From an uncultured bacterium (lineage in GTDB: Bacteria > Actinomycetota > Actinomycetes > S36-B12), in NCBI GenBank assembly GCA_963793105.1, contig CAWBZB010000003.1, positions 74,770 to 138,769 on the forward strand: 64,000 bases of DNA. The letters are read 5' to 3'. Under the pieces are notes generated by a model, which was given only the letters and a program-made list of their open reading frames with translations, did not search any database and was not told the DNA's origin. This document shows positions 35,248 to 45,011 of this stretch, in pieces. The position numbers were made by a program, and so were the translations under genes. Every line of letters starts with the position of its first letter. The stretch's first letter is position 1.

Positions 35248-36774
35248 GTGGATCCCACCTCCGCTCCCACATTCGTGGAGCTCGGTGCAGACCCCCAGAT
35301 CGCCGAGGCCCTCGTGGCCGACGGCATCACCCACGCCTTCCCGATCCAGGAGCAGTGCATCCCGCTGGCCCTGCAGGGCAACGACCTCATCGGGCAGGCC
35401 AAGACCGGAACCGGCAAGACCCTCGGCTTCGGCATCCCGCTCCTGCAGCGCATGGTCGCCCCGGCCAATCCGGAGTACGCCTCCCTCCCGCCCGAGGCGC
35501 AGGGCAAGCCCCAGGCCCTCGTGGTCTGCCCCACCCGCGAGCTCGGACTCCAGGTCGCCACGGACATCCAGCGCGCCGGCCGCATCAAGGGGGTCCGCGT
35601 CCTCGCCATCTACGGCGGCCGGGCGTACGAGCCCCAGATCGAGGCCCTCCAGAACGGCATCGACGTCATCGTCGGCACGCCGGGCCGCATCATCGACCTC
35701 GCCAACCGCCGTGACCTCGACCTCTCGCACGTTCGCGTGCTCGTGCTCGACGAGGCCGACGAGATGCTGGACATGGGCTTCCTGCCTGACGTCGAGCGCA
35801 TCGTGGCGATGATCCCCGAGAAGCGGCAGACGATGCTCTTCTCGGCGACGATGCCGGGGCAGATCGTGAACCTGGCCCGTCGATACATGTCCCAGCCGAT
35901 GCACCTGCGCGCCTCGGACATGGGCGACGAGAACGCGACCGTCGACGCCATCGAGCAGCACGTCTGGCGCACCCACCCGATGGACAAGGTCGAGCTCCTC
36001 GGACGCATCCTGCAGGCCGAGGGCCGCGACCTCGCGATGATCTTCACCCGGACCAAGCGCAAGGCGCAGCGGGTCTGCGACGACCTCACTGAGCGCGGCT
36101 TCGCCGTCGGCACCGTTCACGGCGACCTCGGACAGGGGGCCCGCGAGCAGGCGCTGCGCGCCTTCCGCACCGGCAAGGTCGACGTCCTGGTGGCCACCGA
36201 CGTCGCCGCGCGCGGCATCGACGTGGACAACGTCACGCACGTCATCAACTACGAGTGCCCCGACGACGAGAAGACCTACCTGCACCGCATCGGCCGCACC
36301 GGGCGGGCCGGGCACTCCGGCACTGCGGTGACGTTCGTCGACTGGGAGGACGTCGCCCGCTGGCAGATGATCGACCGGGCACTCAAGCTCCCGTTCAAGG
36401 ATCCGATCGAGACGTACTCCACGAGCGACCACGTCTACACGGGCCTGAAGATCCCCGCCGGAACCGGCGGCACCCTGCCCAGGGCCGCGCGCACGCGCGA
36501 GGGACTCGGCGCCGAGAAGGTCGAGGACATCGGCGAGACCGGCAAGAAGAAGCGTGCCGACCACGGCTCCCATGGCGGCCGGCACGAGGACAAGCGGCAC
36601 GGCGAGAAGCGCCGCGACGACAAGAAGCACTCCGGCAAGCACCACGAGGACAAGAAGGGCTCGGACAAGGCACCGGCTGTTGCCCGCACCGAGGCCAACC
36701 CGGAGAGCAAGCCGCGGCGCAACCGTCAGCGTCGGCGCACCCGCGGCGGCCAGCCGACCACGCCCACCGAGTAG
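35248..36774 (+). CDS. DEAD-box ATP-dependent RNA helicase
   Basis: 508-aa ORF with AKTGTGKT, DEAD (VLDEADEMLD), SAT and HRIGRTGRAG motifs. The C-terminal tail is Lys/Arg/His-rich. Confidence 0.9.
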   Translation: MDPTSAPTFVELGADPQIAEALVADGITHAFPIQEQCIPLALQGNDLIGQAKTGTGKTLGFGIPLLQRMVAPANPEYASLPPEAQGKPQALVVCPTRELGLQVATDIQRAGRIKGVRVLAIYGGRAYEPQIEALQNGIDVIVGTPGRIIDLANRRDLDLSHVRVLVLDEADEMLDMGFLPDVERIVAMIPEKRQTMLFSATMPGQIVNLARRYMSQPMHLRASDMGDENATVDAIEQHVWRTHPMDKVELLGRILQAEGRDLAMIFTRTKRKAQRVCDDLTERGFAVGTVHGDLGQGAREQALRAFRTGKVDVLVATDVAARGIDVDNVTHVINYECPDDEKTYLHRIGRTGRAGHSGTAVTFVDWEDVARWQMIDRALKLPFKDPIETYSTSDHVYTGLKIPAGTGGTLPRAARTREGLGAEKVEDIGETGKKKRADHGSHGGRHEDKRHGEKRRDDKKHSGKHHEDKKGSDKAPAVARTEANPESKPRRNRQRRRTRGGQPTTPTE

Positions 36775-36775
36775 G

Positions 36776-36917
36776 CCCCGCCCCCTTCGTTGAGTGGGCG
36801 TCCGCGTACCGACCCCCTTCGTTGAGTGGGCGTCTCGTGCACGCTCAGTCCGGCCTGGGCACGTTCACGAGCGACCACTCGACGAGAAGGGCGGGGCCAC
36901 TCAGCGAGGACGGGCGG
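36776..36917. repeat. GC-rich composite palindromic element (2 direct + 2 inverted copies of a ~22-nt motif) at a convergent gene junction
   Basis: Perfect 22-nt direct repeat CCCCCTTCGTTGAGTGGGCGTC at 36781-36802 and 36813-36834. Imperfect inverted copies CCACTCGACGAGAAGGGCGGGG (36875-36896) and CCACTCAGCGAGGACGGGCGG (36897-36917). The central spacer is itself partly self-complementary. Confidence 0.65.
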
Positions 36918-37688
36918 CTACTGGGGCATGGCCTCGTGCAGTTCGCCGGCCAGCAGGCGGTAGTCGTGGGCACCCTTCGACGAGCCGGCGGTCGCCAGGA
37001 TGCTCCGCCCCGCTGCCGGCGCCTCCGCGAACCGGATGGACCGGCTGATCGGGGTGAACACCCGGACCCCGTACCTCGGTCCGAGGTCCGCCAGCACCGC
37101 CTTGGCGTGCGTCGTCCGACCGTCGAACAGGGTCGGCACCACGCCCACGATCCGCAGCCGAGGGTTCGTCAGCCTCTGCACGTCCGCGATGGTCTCCATG
37201 AGCTGCCCCACCCCGCGATGCGAGAGCGTCTCGCACTGAAGTGGGATGAGGACCGCGTCCGCGGCCGTGAGGGCGTTGACCGTGATGATCCCCAGGGACG
37301 GCGAGCAGTCCAGCAGCACCCAGTCGTACCGGTCGCGGACACCGGCCAGGACGTCCCGCACCACGTACTCCCGCCCGACGACGCTCGCCAGAGCCCGGTC
37401 GGCTCCCGCCAGGTCGATGGCCGCCGGCACGAGGTCCGCGCCGTCCGGGGTCTCCGTGATGAGGTGGGCCAGCGTGCGGGCTGGATCCTGGCCCATGAAC
37501 ACTGTCGCCCCGGTCTCGTCGAGATCCTCCGGATCCAGGCCCAGGGAGAATGTCGCGCACGCCTGCGCATCGAGATCGACGACGAGCACCCGGTCGCCGC
37601 GCTCCACCAGGGCGGCAGCGAGATTCACGACCGTCGTGGTCTTGCCCACGCCGCCCTTCTGGTTCGCTACCGCCAGGACTCGCACCAC
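36918..37688 (-). CDS. ParA/Soj-like (MinD superfamily) ATPase
   Basis: GTG at 37688 gives VVRVLAVANQKGGVGKTTT... (256 aa, deviant Walker A). The longer 316-aa ORF adds an unlikely Ser/Cys-rich extension. Confidence 0.85.
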   Translation of the reverse strand: MVRVLAVANQKGGVGKTTTVVNLAAALVERGDRVLVVDLDAQACATFSLGLDPEDLDETGATVFMGQDPARTLAHLITETPDGADLVPAAIDLAGADRALASVVGREYVVRDVLAGVRDRYDWVLLDCSPSLGIITVNALTAADAVLIPLQCETLSHRGVGQLMETIADVQRLTNPRLRIVGVVPTLFDGRTTHAKAVLADLGPRYGVRVFTPISRSIRFAEAPAAGRSILATAGSSKGAHDYRLLAGELHEAMPQ

Positions 37689-37746
37689 GCGTTCGACCCT
37701 AGGCCTATCGTGGTTTGAGACCTGCGAAGGGGGGTAGGACGGGACC

Positions 37747-38133
37747 GTGACGCACCACTGGCAACTGCCCGAGGACCTGACGGCCTCCGCCTTCGCGCGC
37801 GAAAGCGTCCGGACGACGCTGTCCGGCAGCGGCGTCACGGGCGAGATGCTGGACGATGCCGCCCTCATCGCGTCGGAGCTCGCGGCGAATGCCGTGAGGT
37901 ACGGAGAGCCGCCCTACACCCTCCGCCTCGACTCGACCGAGGATCACGTGCGCATCACGGTCAGCAACCACGGACCGGCCGCAGACCCGCAGCCCCTCGA
38001 GGCCGCCGACGACTCCCATCACGGCCGCGGCCTGACCATCATCGCGTCCCTCTCGGCGGACATGGGGTGGCACCGCGACGGTGACCGTCTCGACGTGTGG
38101 GCCGACCTGCCCGCGGCCCCGCCGCCGGGCTGA
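37747..38133 (+). CDS. HATPase_c-type ATP-binding protein (anti-sigma factor/RsbW-like kinase)
   Basis: 128-aa ORF with a GTG start. Contains SELAANAVRYG and GRGLTIIASLSADMGW motifs. Confidence 0.6.
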   Translation: MTHHWQLPEDLTASAFARESVRTTLSGSGVTGEMLDDAALIASELAANAVRYGEPPYTLRLDSTEDHVRITVSNHGPAADPQPLEAADDSHHGRGLTIIASLSADMGWHRDGDRLDVWADLPAAPPPG

Positions 38134-38151
38134 CGCAACTCCCCCGGGCGC

Positions 38152-38547
38152 CTAGGCCAGCAGGCCCCAGTCGGTGAGTGCCTCGACCAGGCCCGCACTG
38201 GTGTCCATGGTCGCCAGGTCCGCGGGTGCGCACCACTTCACGTCGAGGGCATCGTCCCCGGCCACGGGGTCATCGGCCCCGACCTCCAGCAGGAAGTCCC
38301 GGATCACGTACGTGCCACCCGAGGGTGCCTCCCGCCGGACGGAGCCGACCTCCCGCACCACCCGGCCCACGAGCCCGGTCTCCTCGGCCAGCTCACGCGC
38401 CACCGCGAGTTCCGCCGGCTCCCCGGCCTCGACGCGTCCCCCCGGGATCGACCACTGCCCCTTGGCGGGCTCCTGCCCGCGGCGCACCAGGAGAAGGCGC
38501 CCGGCGGGATCGAAGACCACCGCACCCACGCAGGGGATCTCACCCAT
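38152..38547 (-). CDS. NUDIX hydrolase
   Basis: 131-aa ORF with the Nudix box GGRVEAGEPAELAVARELAEETGL. Confidence 0.85.
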   Translation of the reverse strand: MGEIPCVGAVVFDPAGRLLLVRRGQEPAKGQWSIPGGRVEAGEPAELAVARELAEETGLVGRVVREVGSVRREAPSGGTYVIRDFLLEVGADDPVAGDDALDVKWCAPADLATMDTSAGLVEALTDWGLLA

Positions 38548-38580
38548 CCGAGCTCCCTCCGGCGTCCTCGCCCGTGCCGA

Positions 38581-39786
38581 TCAGCCTCGCGTCTTGTAGT
38601 CCTCGAGGAGGCGGCGGCCGATGATCATGCGCTGGATGTCCGCGGTGCCCTCGCCGATGAGCAGCATGGGGGCCTCGCGGTACAGGCGTTCGATCTCGTA
38701 CTCCTTGGAGTAGCCGTAGCCGCCGTGGATGCGGAACGAGTCCTCGACGACCTCCTTGCAGTACTCGCTGGCGAGGTACTTGGCCATGCCGGCCTCCATG
38801 TCGTTGCGCTCGCCGGCGTCCTTCTTGCGGGCGGCCATCACCATCATCTGGTGGGCGGCCTCGACCTTGACCGCCATGTCCGCGAGGCGGAAGGACACCG
38901 CCTGGTGCTCGATGATGGGCTTGCCGAAGGTGACGCGCTGCTGCGCGTACTCGATGCCGAGCTCGAAAGCGCGGATGCTCAGGCCGCAGGCCCGGGCGGC
39001 GACGTTGACGCGGCCGACCTCGACGCCGTCCATCATCTGGTAGAAGCCCTTGCCCGGCTCGCCTCCGAGGATGTCGTCGGTCGACAGCCGCAGGCCGTCC
39101 ATGACGAGCTCGGTGGTGTCGACGCCCTTGTAGCCCATCTTCTCGATCTTGCCGGGGATGGTCAGGCCCGGGCGTACCTCGCCGAAGCCGGTGGGCTTCT
39201 CGACCAGGAAGGTGGTCATCTTCTTGTAGACGCTGGCTCCTTCGGCGGCCTCGCCCGGGGTGAGCACGAGCACCGCCACGAGCGTCGACGAGCCGCCGTT
39301 CGTCAGCCACATCTTCTGGCCGTTCAGCACGTAGTCATCGCCGTCGCGCACGGCCTTGCTCGTGATCGCCGCCACGTCGGACCCGCAGCCCGGCTCGGAC
39401 ATGGAGAACGCGCCGCGCACCTCGCCCGTCGCCATCCGCGGCAGGTAGTGCTGCTTCTGCTCCTCGGTGCCGTGCTGCATCAGCATGTAGGCGACGATGA
39501 AGTGCGTGTTGATGACGCCGCTGACCGGCATCCAGCCGCGCGCGATCTCCTCCACCACGAGCGCGTACGTCAGCAGCGACTCGCCCAGGCCGCCGTACTC
39601 CTCGGGGATCATCAGCCCGAAGACACCCATCTCCTTGAGCTGGTCCACGATCGCCTGCGGGTACTCGTCCGCGTGCTCGAGCTCGTTGGCCACCGGGATG
39701 ATCTCGTTGTCGACGAAGTCGTGCACGGCCGCCAGGATGTCGCGCTGGTCGTCGGTCAGGCCCTCGGTCTGGGCAAGGCGTGGCAT
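38581..39786 (-). CDS. acyl-CoA dehydrogenase
   Basis: 401-aa ORF with a typical ACAD layout (…FSMSEPGCGSD…, …IGEGTADIQRMII…). Confidence 0.9.
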   Translation of the reverse strand: MPRLAQTEGLTDDQRDILAAVHDFVDNEIIPVANELEHADEYPQAIVDQLKEMGVFGLMIPEEYGGLGESLLTYALVVEEIARGWMPVSGVINTHFIVAYMLMQHGTEEQKQHYLPRMATGEVRGAFSMSEPGCGSDVAAITSKAVRDGDDYVLNGQKMWLTNGGSSTLVAVLVLTPGEAAEGASVYKKMTTFLVEKPTGFGEVRPGLTIPGKIEKMGYKGVDTTELVMDGLRLSTDDILGGEPGKGFYQMMDGVEVGRVNVAARACGLSIRAFELGIEYAQQRVTFGKPIIEHQAVSFRLADMAVKVEAAHQMMVMAARKKDAGERNDMEAGMAKYLASEYCKEVVEDSFRIHGGYGYSKEYEIERLYREAPMLLIGEGTADIQRMIIGRRLLEDYKTRG

Positions 39787-39787
39787 G

Positions 39788-40759
39788 TCAGGCCTCCGGC
39801 TTCTCGAACGTCTTCGTGCGGGTCATGCCGGCGGCGCGGCCCTTGGCGGAGACGACCAGGGCCATCTTGCGGGAGGCCTCGTCGATCATCTCGTCGCCGA
39901 GCATGACCGCGCCCCTGGCGCCGCCCTCGGCGGACGTGTAGTAGTCGTAGGCGTCGAGGATGAGCTCGGCGTGGTCGTAGTCGTCCTGTCGCGGGCTGAA
40001 CACCTCGTTCGCCGCGGCGATCTGGTCGGGATGAAGCACCCACTTGCCGTCGAAGCCCAGTGCGGCCGCTCGGCCGGCCACCCTTCGGTAGCCCTCGATG
40101 TCCTTGATCGCCAGGTACGGGCCGTCGATCGCCTGCTTGTCGAACGCGCGCGCGGCCATCAGGATCCGCATGAGGATGTAGTGGTAGGCATCGCCCACGT
40201 CGTACCCCGGGGGCTGCTCCCCGACCACGAGGGACTTCATGTTGATGCTCGCCATGAAGTCGGCAGGCCCGAAGATGATCGTCTCCACCCGCGGGCTCGC
40301 CTGCGCGATGGCGTCGACGTTGATCAGGCCCAGGGCGTTCTCGATCTGCGCCTCGATGCCGATCCGTCCCACCGGCAGGCCGTTGCTCTTCTCGATCTGC
40401 GTCATCAGCAGGTCGAGCGCCACCACCTGCTCGGCGGTCTGCACCTTCGGCAGCATGATGCAGTCCAGGTTCGCCCCGGCCCCTTCGATGACCTCGACGA
40501 CGTCCGCGTACGTCCACTGCGTTGTCCAGTCGTTCACCCGCACGGCCCGCGTCTTGCCCTCGTATCCGCCCTCGTTCAGCGCCGCCACGATGTTCCTGCG
40601 GGCGTCCGCCTTGGCGATCGGCGCCACGGAGTCCTCGATGTCCATGAACACCTGGTCCGCGGCCAGCCCCTTCGCCTTCTCCAGCATCTTGGGACTGGAC
40701 CCGGGAACCGCCAGGTTCGACCGACGGGCGCGCTGCTGGGACATGTGACTCCTGTTCAT
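39788..40759 (-). CDS. HpcH/HpaI-CitE family (malyl-CoA/beta-methylmalyl-CoA lyase-like)
   Basis: 323-aa ORF, RSNLAVPGSSPKMLEKA...DQVFMDIEDS...LPKV..., characteristic of CitE-like/Mcl lyases. Sits adjacent to ecm. Confidence 0.75.
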   Translation of the reverse strand: MNRSHMSQQRARRSNLAVPGSSPKMLEKAKGLAADQVFMDIEDSVAPIAKADARRNIVAALNEGGYEGKTRAVRVNDWTTQWTYADVVEVIEGAGANLDCIMLPKVQTAEQVVALDLLMTQIEKSNGLPVGRIGIEAQIENALGLINVDAIAQASPRVETIIFGPADFMASINMKSLVVGEQPPGYDVGDAYHYILMRILMAARAFDKQAIDGPYLAIKDIEGYRRVAGRAAALGFDGKWVLHPDQIAAANEVFSPRQDDYDHAELILDAYDYYTSAEGGARGAVMLGDEMIDEASRKMALVVSAKGRAAGMTRTKTFEKPEA

Positions 40760-40769
40760 GGCCGGTGGT

Positions 40770-42749
40770 TCAGGTGTGCTGCAGTCTCGTGCTCTGACGG
40801 ATGATGTCGAGGACCCGGTCCATGACCTTCGTCAGGTCGTAGTCCTTGGGGGTGAAGACGGCGGCGATGCCGGCGTCCTCGAGGGCGCGGGCGTCCTGTT
40901 CGGGGATGATCCCGCCGAGGATGACCGGGACGTCGTCGAGACCGGCGGCGCTCAGCCCGCGCAGCACCTCGGGCACCACCAGCAGGTGCGATCCGGAGAG
41001 GATCGACAGTCCGACGCAGTCGACGTCCTCCTGGACGGCGGCGGCCACGATCTCCTCCGGAGTCAGGCGGATGCCCTGGTAGATCACCTCGAATCCGGCG
41101 TCCCGCGCGGCGACCGCGACCTGCTCGGCACCGTTGGAGTGCCCGTCGAGGCCGGGCTTGGCCACCAGGATCCGCAGCCGATGGCCGAGCTCATCGCCGG
41201 TGGCGGCGACGGCCGCACGGAGTTCCGCGAGGCCGGGGCGTTCACCCGATCCGACCGATCCGCTCACTCCCGTCGGCGCCCGGAACTCTCCGAAGACCGT
41301 GCGAAGGGCGCCGGCCCACTCACCGGTGGTCACACCCGCACGGGCGCAGTCCAGCGATGCCTCCATGAGGTTCGCGCCTGACCTGGCGTCCGCGACCAGT
41401 CGGGCCAGGGACGAGTCGACGGCGAGCGGGTCCCGCTGCGCCCGCCATTCGTCGAGCGCGATGATCGCTCGTTCCTCCACCGCGGGATCCACCCGCTGGA
41501 TCGCCGCGTCGAGGTTCTCGGTGAGCGGGCTCGGCTCGCTGGAAGCGAACGCGTTCACCCCGACGATGAGCTCCTCGCCGGACTCCACCCGCCGCCGCCG
41601 GTCCGCGTGCGAGGCCACGAGTGCGCTCTTCAGGTACCCGGACTCCACGGCCGCGACGGCGCCCCCGAGCTCCTCGATGCGCGCCATCTCCTCCCGGGCG
41701 GCCACGACGATCTCGTCCACCTTGGCCTCGACCACGTGCGAGCCGTCGAAGATGTCCTCGTACTCCAGCAGGTCGGTCTCCAGCGCCAGGACCTGCTGCA
41801 TGCGCAGGCTCCATTGCTGGTCCCACGGGCGCGGCAGGCCCAGCGCCTCGTTCCACGCCGGCAGCTGCACCGCTCGCGCCCGCGCATGCTTCGACAGCGT
41901 CACGCCCAGCATCTCCAGCACGATCCGCTGGACGTTGTTCTCCGGCTGGGCCTCGGTCAGCCCGAGCGAGTTCACCTGGACGCCGTAGCGGAATCTGCGT
42001 GCCTTCTCCTCCGTGACCCCGTAGCGGTCACGAGTGATCTCGTCCCACAGCTGGACGAACGCCCGCATCTTGCACATCTCCTCCACGAACCGCACGCCCG
42101 CGTTCACGAAGAAGGAGATCCGGGACACCACCTCGGAGAGGCGCTCGGCCGGCACCTGGCCGGAATCGCGGACGGCGTCGAGGACCGCGATCGCCGAGGA
42201 CAGCGCGAACGCCACCTCCTGCACGGGCGTCGCCCCCGCCTCCTGCAGGTGGTACGAGCAGATGTTGATCGGATTCCACTTCGGGGTGTTCTGCACGCTC
42301 CACGCGATCATGTCCGTGATCAGCCGCATCGAGGGCTCCGGCGGGAACACATAGGTGCCCCGGGACAGGTACTCCTTGATGATGTCGTTCTGCGTCGTGC
42401 CCGACAGCTCACGGCGATCGGCACCCTGCTCGTCGGCTACCGCCACGTACAGCGCCATGAGCCACATCGCGGTGGCGTTGATCGTCATCGACGTGTTCAT
42501 GCGATCCAGGGGGATGCCGTCCAGCAATGCGCGCATGTCGCCCAGGTCCACGACGGGTACCCCGACCTTGCCGACCTCCCCGCGGGCCAACGGCGAGTCC
42601 GGGTCGTATCCGGTCTGCGTGGGCAGATCGAAGGCGATCGACAGCCCGGTCTGCCCCTTCTCCAGGTTGAGCCGGTACAGCTCGTTCGACTCGCGCGCGG
42701 ACGAGTGGCCGGCATAGGTGCGCATCACCCACGGCTTGCTGCGGCTCAT
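40770..42749 (-). CDS. ethylmalonyl-CoA mutase-like B12-dependent acyl-CoA mutase (MeaA/Ecm)
   Basis: The internal ATG at 42749 gives MSRSKPWVMRTYAGHSSARESNELYR... (659 aa). The mutase barrel is followed by a C-terminal B12-binding domain with DGHSNG (DxHxxG). Confidence 0.85.
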   Translation of the reverse strand: MSRSKPWVMRTYAGHSSARESNELYRLNLEKGQTGLSIAFDLPTQTGYDPDSPLARGEVGKVGVPVVDLGDMRALLDGIPLDRMNTSMTINATAMWLMALYVAVADEQGADRRELSGTTQNDIIKEYLSRGTYVFPPEPSMRLITDMIAWSVQNTPKWNPINICSYHLQEAGATPVQEVAFALSSAIAVLDAVRDSGQVPAERLSEVVSRISFFVNAGVRFVEEMCKMRAFVQLWDEITRDRYGVTEEKARRFRYGVQVNSLGLTEAQPENNVQRIVLEMLGVTLSKHARARAVQLPAWNEALGLPRPWDQQWSLRMQQVLALETDLLEYEDIFDGSHVVEAKVDEIVVAAREEMARIEELGGAVAAVESGYLKSALVASHADRRRRVESGEELIVGVNAFASSEPSPLTENLDAAIQRVDPAVEERAIIALDEWRAQRDPLAVDSSLARLVADARSGANLMEASLDCARAGVTTGEWAGALRTVFGEFRAPTGVSGSVGSGERPGLAELRAAVAATGDELGHRLRILVAKPGLDGHSNGAEQVAVAARDAGFEVIYQGIRLTPEEIVAAAVQEDVDCVGLSILSGSHLLVVPEVLRGLSAAGLDDVPVILGGIIPEQDARALEDAGIAAVFTPKDYDLTKVMDRVLDIIRQSTRLQHT

Positions 42750-42922
42750 CGCCCGCTGCCTCCTCGATCCGGGGTCCAGTCTGCCCGCTTCGCCAGCCTC
42801 GATCGCCGCTCGGGGACGACGATGCACCATCGGCAACATCCTTGCGTACCCAACTATATGGTGTCCAAGTAAGTGACGGAGAGGAGCCCGCGGGGGCGGG
42901 TTCCGCGGGACCTTCCGGCGTT

Positions 42923-43900
42923 CTACCCCTGGTGGCCGGCCTCAGCCGACGCGATGGCATCGAGGATCTCGGCCACCCGCACCGAGTCCGCGATGGGCAC
43001 CACCCAGCCCTCACCTCCGCGAACGGTGGCGCTCACCTCCTCGACCATGACCTGGTAGGCGTCGACGGCCGGGAAGACCTCCTCGTGCCCGCCGACGAGG
43101 AGGGAGCTTGGCTCGCGCCACGAGGTGAAGGCGCTGGGCCCCAGCGCACGCACGTCGGCAGCCGAGCCGCCGACGTGCAGGCTCTGCGACTCCGGCTGCT
43201 CGAACGAGCAGAGCGCCTGGACGCGCGTCGACCGTCCGACGCGGCCGACGACCCGCGTGGTGAGGTCGATCCCGCTGCCTGCCACCGCGCGTTCCACGTC
43301 GAGGGCGGCGAACGGGGCAGCCGACGACATCAGCGAGACCCACGTGTGCACGGCGTACCCACCGACGTCCAGCAGCGCACCCCCGCCCATGTCCGGGTCA
43401 CCCCGATAGTTCGCTGAGACGTCGGCGGGGAAGGTGAATGAGGACTCGATGGACCGGATCTCCCCCAGGTCCCCTTGCGCCGCCAGCGCCGCCAGCCGGC
43501 GGAATCGGGGATGCCACCGCGTCCACACCGCCTCGACCAGCAGCCGACCGGCACCCCTGGCCGCGATGGTCATCAGGCGCGCCTGGCCGGCATGGATGCC
43601 CAGCGGCTTCTCGCAGACCACGTGCTTGCCCGCCTCGAGGGCACGGATCGCCCATCGTGCGTGCTGATGATTGGCGAGACAGACGTAGACGACCTCGACG
43701 CCGGGATCCTCGAGGAGATCGGCGTAGGCGAGATGCACGACGGCGGGTTCGAGCGACGTCGACCGACGAAGATCACGGCTGGCAACGGCGTGCAGGCGCG
43801 CGTTGCCTGCTGCATGCACGGCGCCCGCCATCGCCTGCTGGGCTATCCAGCCCGCCCCGAGGAAGCCCCAGCCGACCGTGTCCGCCGGCGTGACCGTCAT
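42923..43900 (-). CDS. Gfo/Idh/MocA family oxidoreductase
   Basis: 325-aa ORF with an N-terminal Rossmann motif (WGFLGAGWIA) and the EKP motif (VVCEKPLG). Confidence 0.8.
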   Translation of the reverse strand: MTVTPADTVGWGFLGAGWIAQQAMAGAVHAAGNARLHAVASRDLRRSTSLEPAVVHLAYADLLEDPGVEVVYVCLANHQHARWAIRALEAGKHVVCEKPLGIHAGQARLMTIAARGAGRLLVEAVWTRWHPRFRRLAALAAQGDLGEIRSIESSFTFPADVSANYRGDPDMGGGALLDVGGYAVHTWVSLMSSAAPFAALDVERAVAGSGIDLTTRVVGRVGRSTRVQALCSFEQPESQSLHVGGSAADVRALGPSAFTSWREPSSLLVGGHEEVFPAVDAYQVMVEEVSATVRGGEGWVVPIADSVRVAEILDAIASAEAGHQG

Positions 43901-44925
43901 CCCCGCAGCAGGCTCGGGATAATCGGCATCCCGTTGCCCTTGGCCGATTCCTCGGCCGCCTCCATCACGGCCACCACGTCGCGTGACTGGGCGGCATCCA
44001 CCGTCATCGGCGTTCCGTCGGTGAGGTACGACACGACGTCGCGGTGGAAGGCGTAGGGGGCCACCTCCCGCAGCGGCACGCTCTCCTTGGACCCGTCGGC
44101 GCGGTGCAGGGTGACGAGGGCAGGGAGGTCGGCCACCGCAGGCTCCGCGGTCGGGTCCCAGTCCGCGACGATCGCACCCGTCGTCCCGAGCACGAAGAAC
44201 TTCGGCTTCCGAGCGGCGGCGAGGTCGGAGTTGACGAACGTGGCCTGCGTGCCGTCGGTGAACGTCAGGGTCACCTGGGCGTGATCGGCGTTGGTGACGT
44301 GCGTCCAGACGCGCTTGTGGTTGATCCCGCTCACATGGGCGACCCGACCGGGCATGACGCTCAGCACCTGGTCGAGGAAGTGACTGCCCCAGTCGAAGAT
44401 CGCCCCCCCGGATACCGACGCGTCCGAGTGCCAGTAGGTGCAGGGCTCGGAGTAGCCCCCGACGAAGCTGTCGTACTGGAACACGTCACCGATCTCGCCG
44501 GCATCGATGAGCGAGGCCATCGTCACGAAATCCGGGTCGAATCGGCGATTCTGGTAGACGACCAGCAGCACGTCCCGGGCCGCGGCCAGGTCCATCAACT
44601 CGTCGCACTCGGCGGCGGTCAGCGCCATGGGCTTCTCCAGGACGACGTGGACGCCCTTGCCGATCGCGGCCTTCGCCCAGAAGTAGTGGCTGTCCGGTGG
44701 CGTGGACACGACGACCAGGTCGATGAGTCCGGAGTCGAGCATGGCGTGGGCGTCCGAGAACGGGGTGGCGTCCGGCGCCAGTTCACGCGCTGCGGCGATC
44801 CGATCGGGGTTCATGTCGCACACGGCGGCCAGCACGAGGCCGGGAGTGGCCTGGACGGCGAGGTTGTGCTCATGGCCGATGGCTCCGTACGCGAGCAGGC
44901 CCACACGGATATCTGACGACGTCAC
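43897..44925 (-). CDS. Gfo/Idh/MocA family oxidoreductase
   Basis: 342-aa ORF with VGLLAYGAIG and VVLEKPMA motifs. 4-nt overlap with the downstream paralog. Confidence 0.85.
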   Translation of the reverse strand: MTSSDIRVGLLAYGAIGHEHNLAVQATPGLVLAAVCDMNPDRIAAARELAPDATPFSDAHAMLDSGLIDLVVVSTPPDSHYFWAKAAIGKGVHVVLEKPMALTAAECDELMDLAAARDVLLVVYQNRRFDPDFVTMASLIDAGEIGDVFQYDSFVGGYSEPCTYWHSDASVSGGAIFDWGSHFLDQVLSVMPGRVAHVSGINHKRVWTHVTNADHAQVTLTFTDGTQATFVNSDLAAARKPKFFVLGTTGAIVADWDPTAEPAVADLPALVTLHRADGSKESVPLREVAPYAFHRDVVSYLTDGTPMTVDAAQSRDVVAVMEAAEESAKGNGMPIIPSLLRG

Positions 44926-45011
44926 TGATCGGTCTCCCTACGGTGGCCGGTGATAACCCGACCCTAGGCGACACGCGCCTTCGGGGCACAGGGGACCGTG
45001 ACGGCGAGTCC

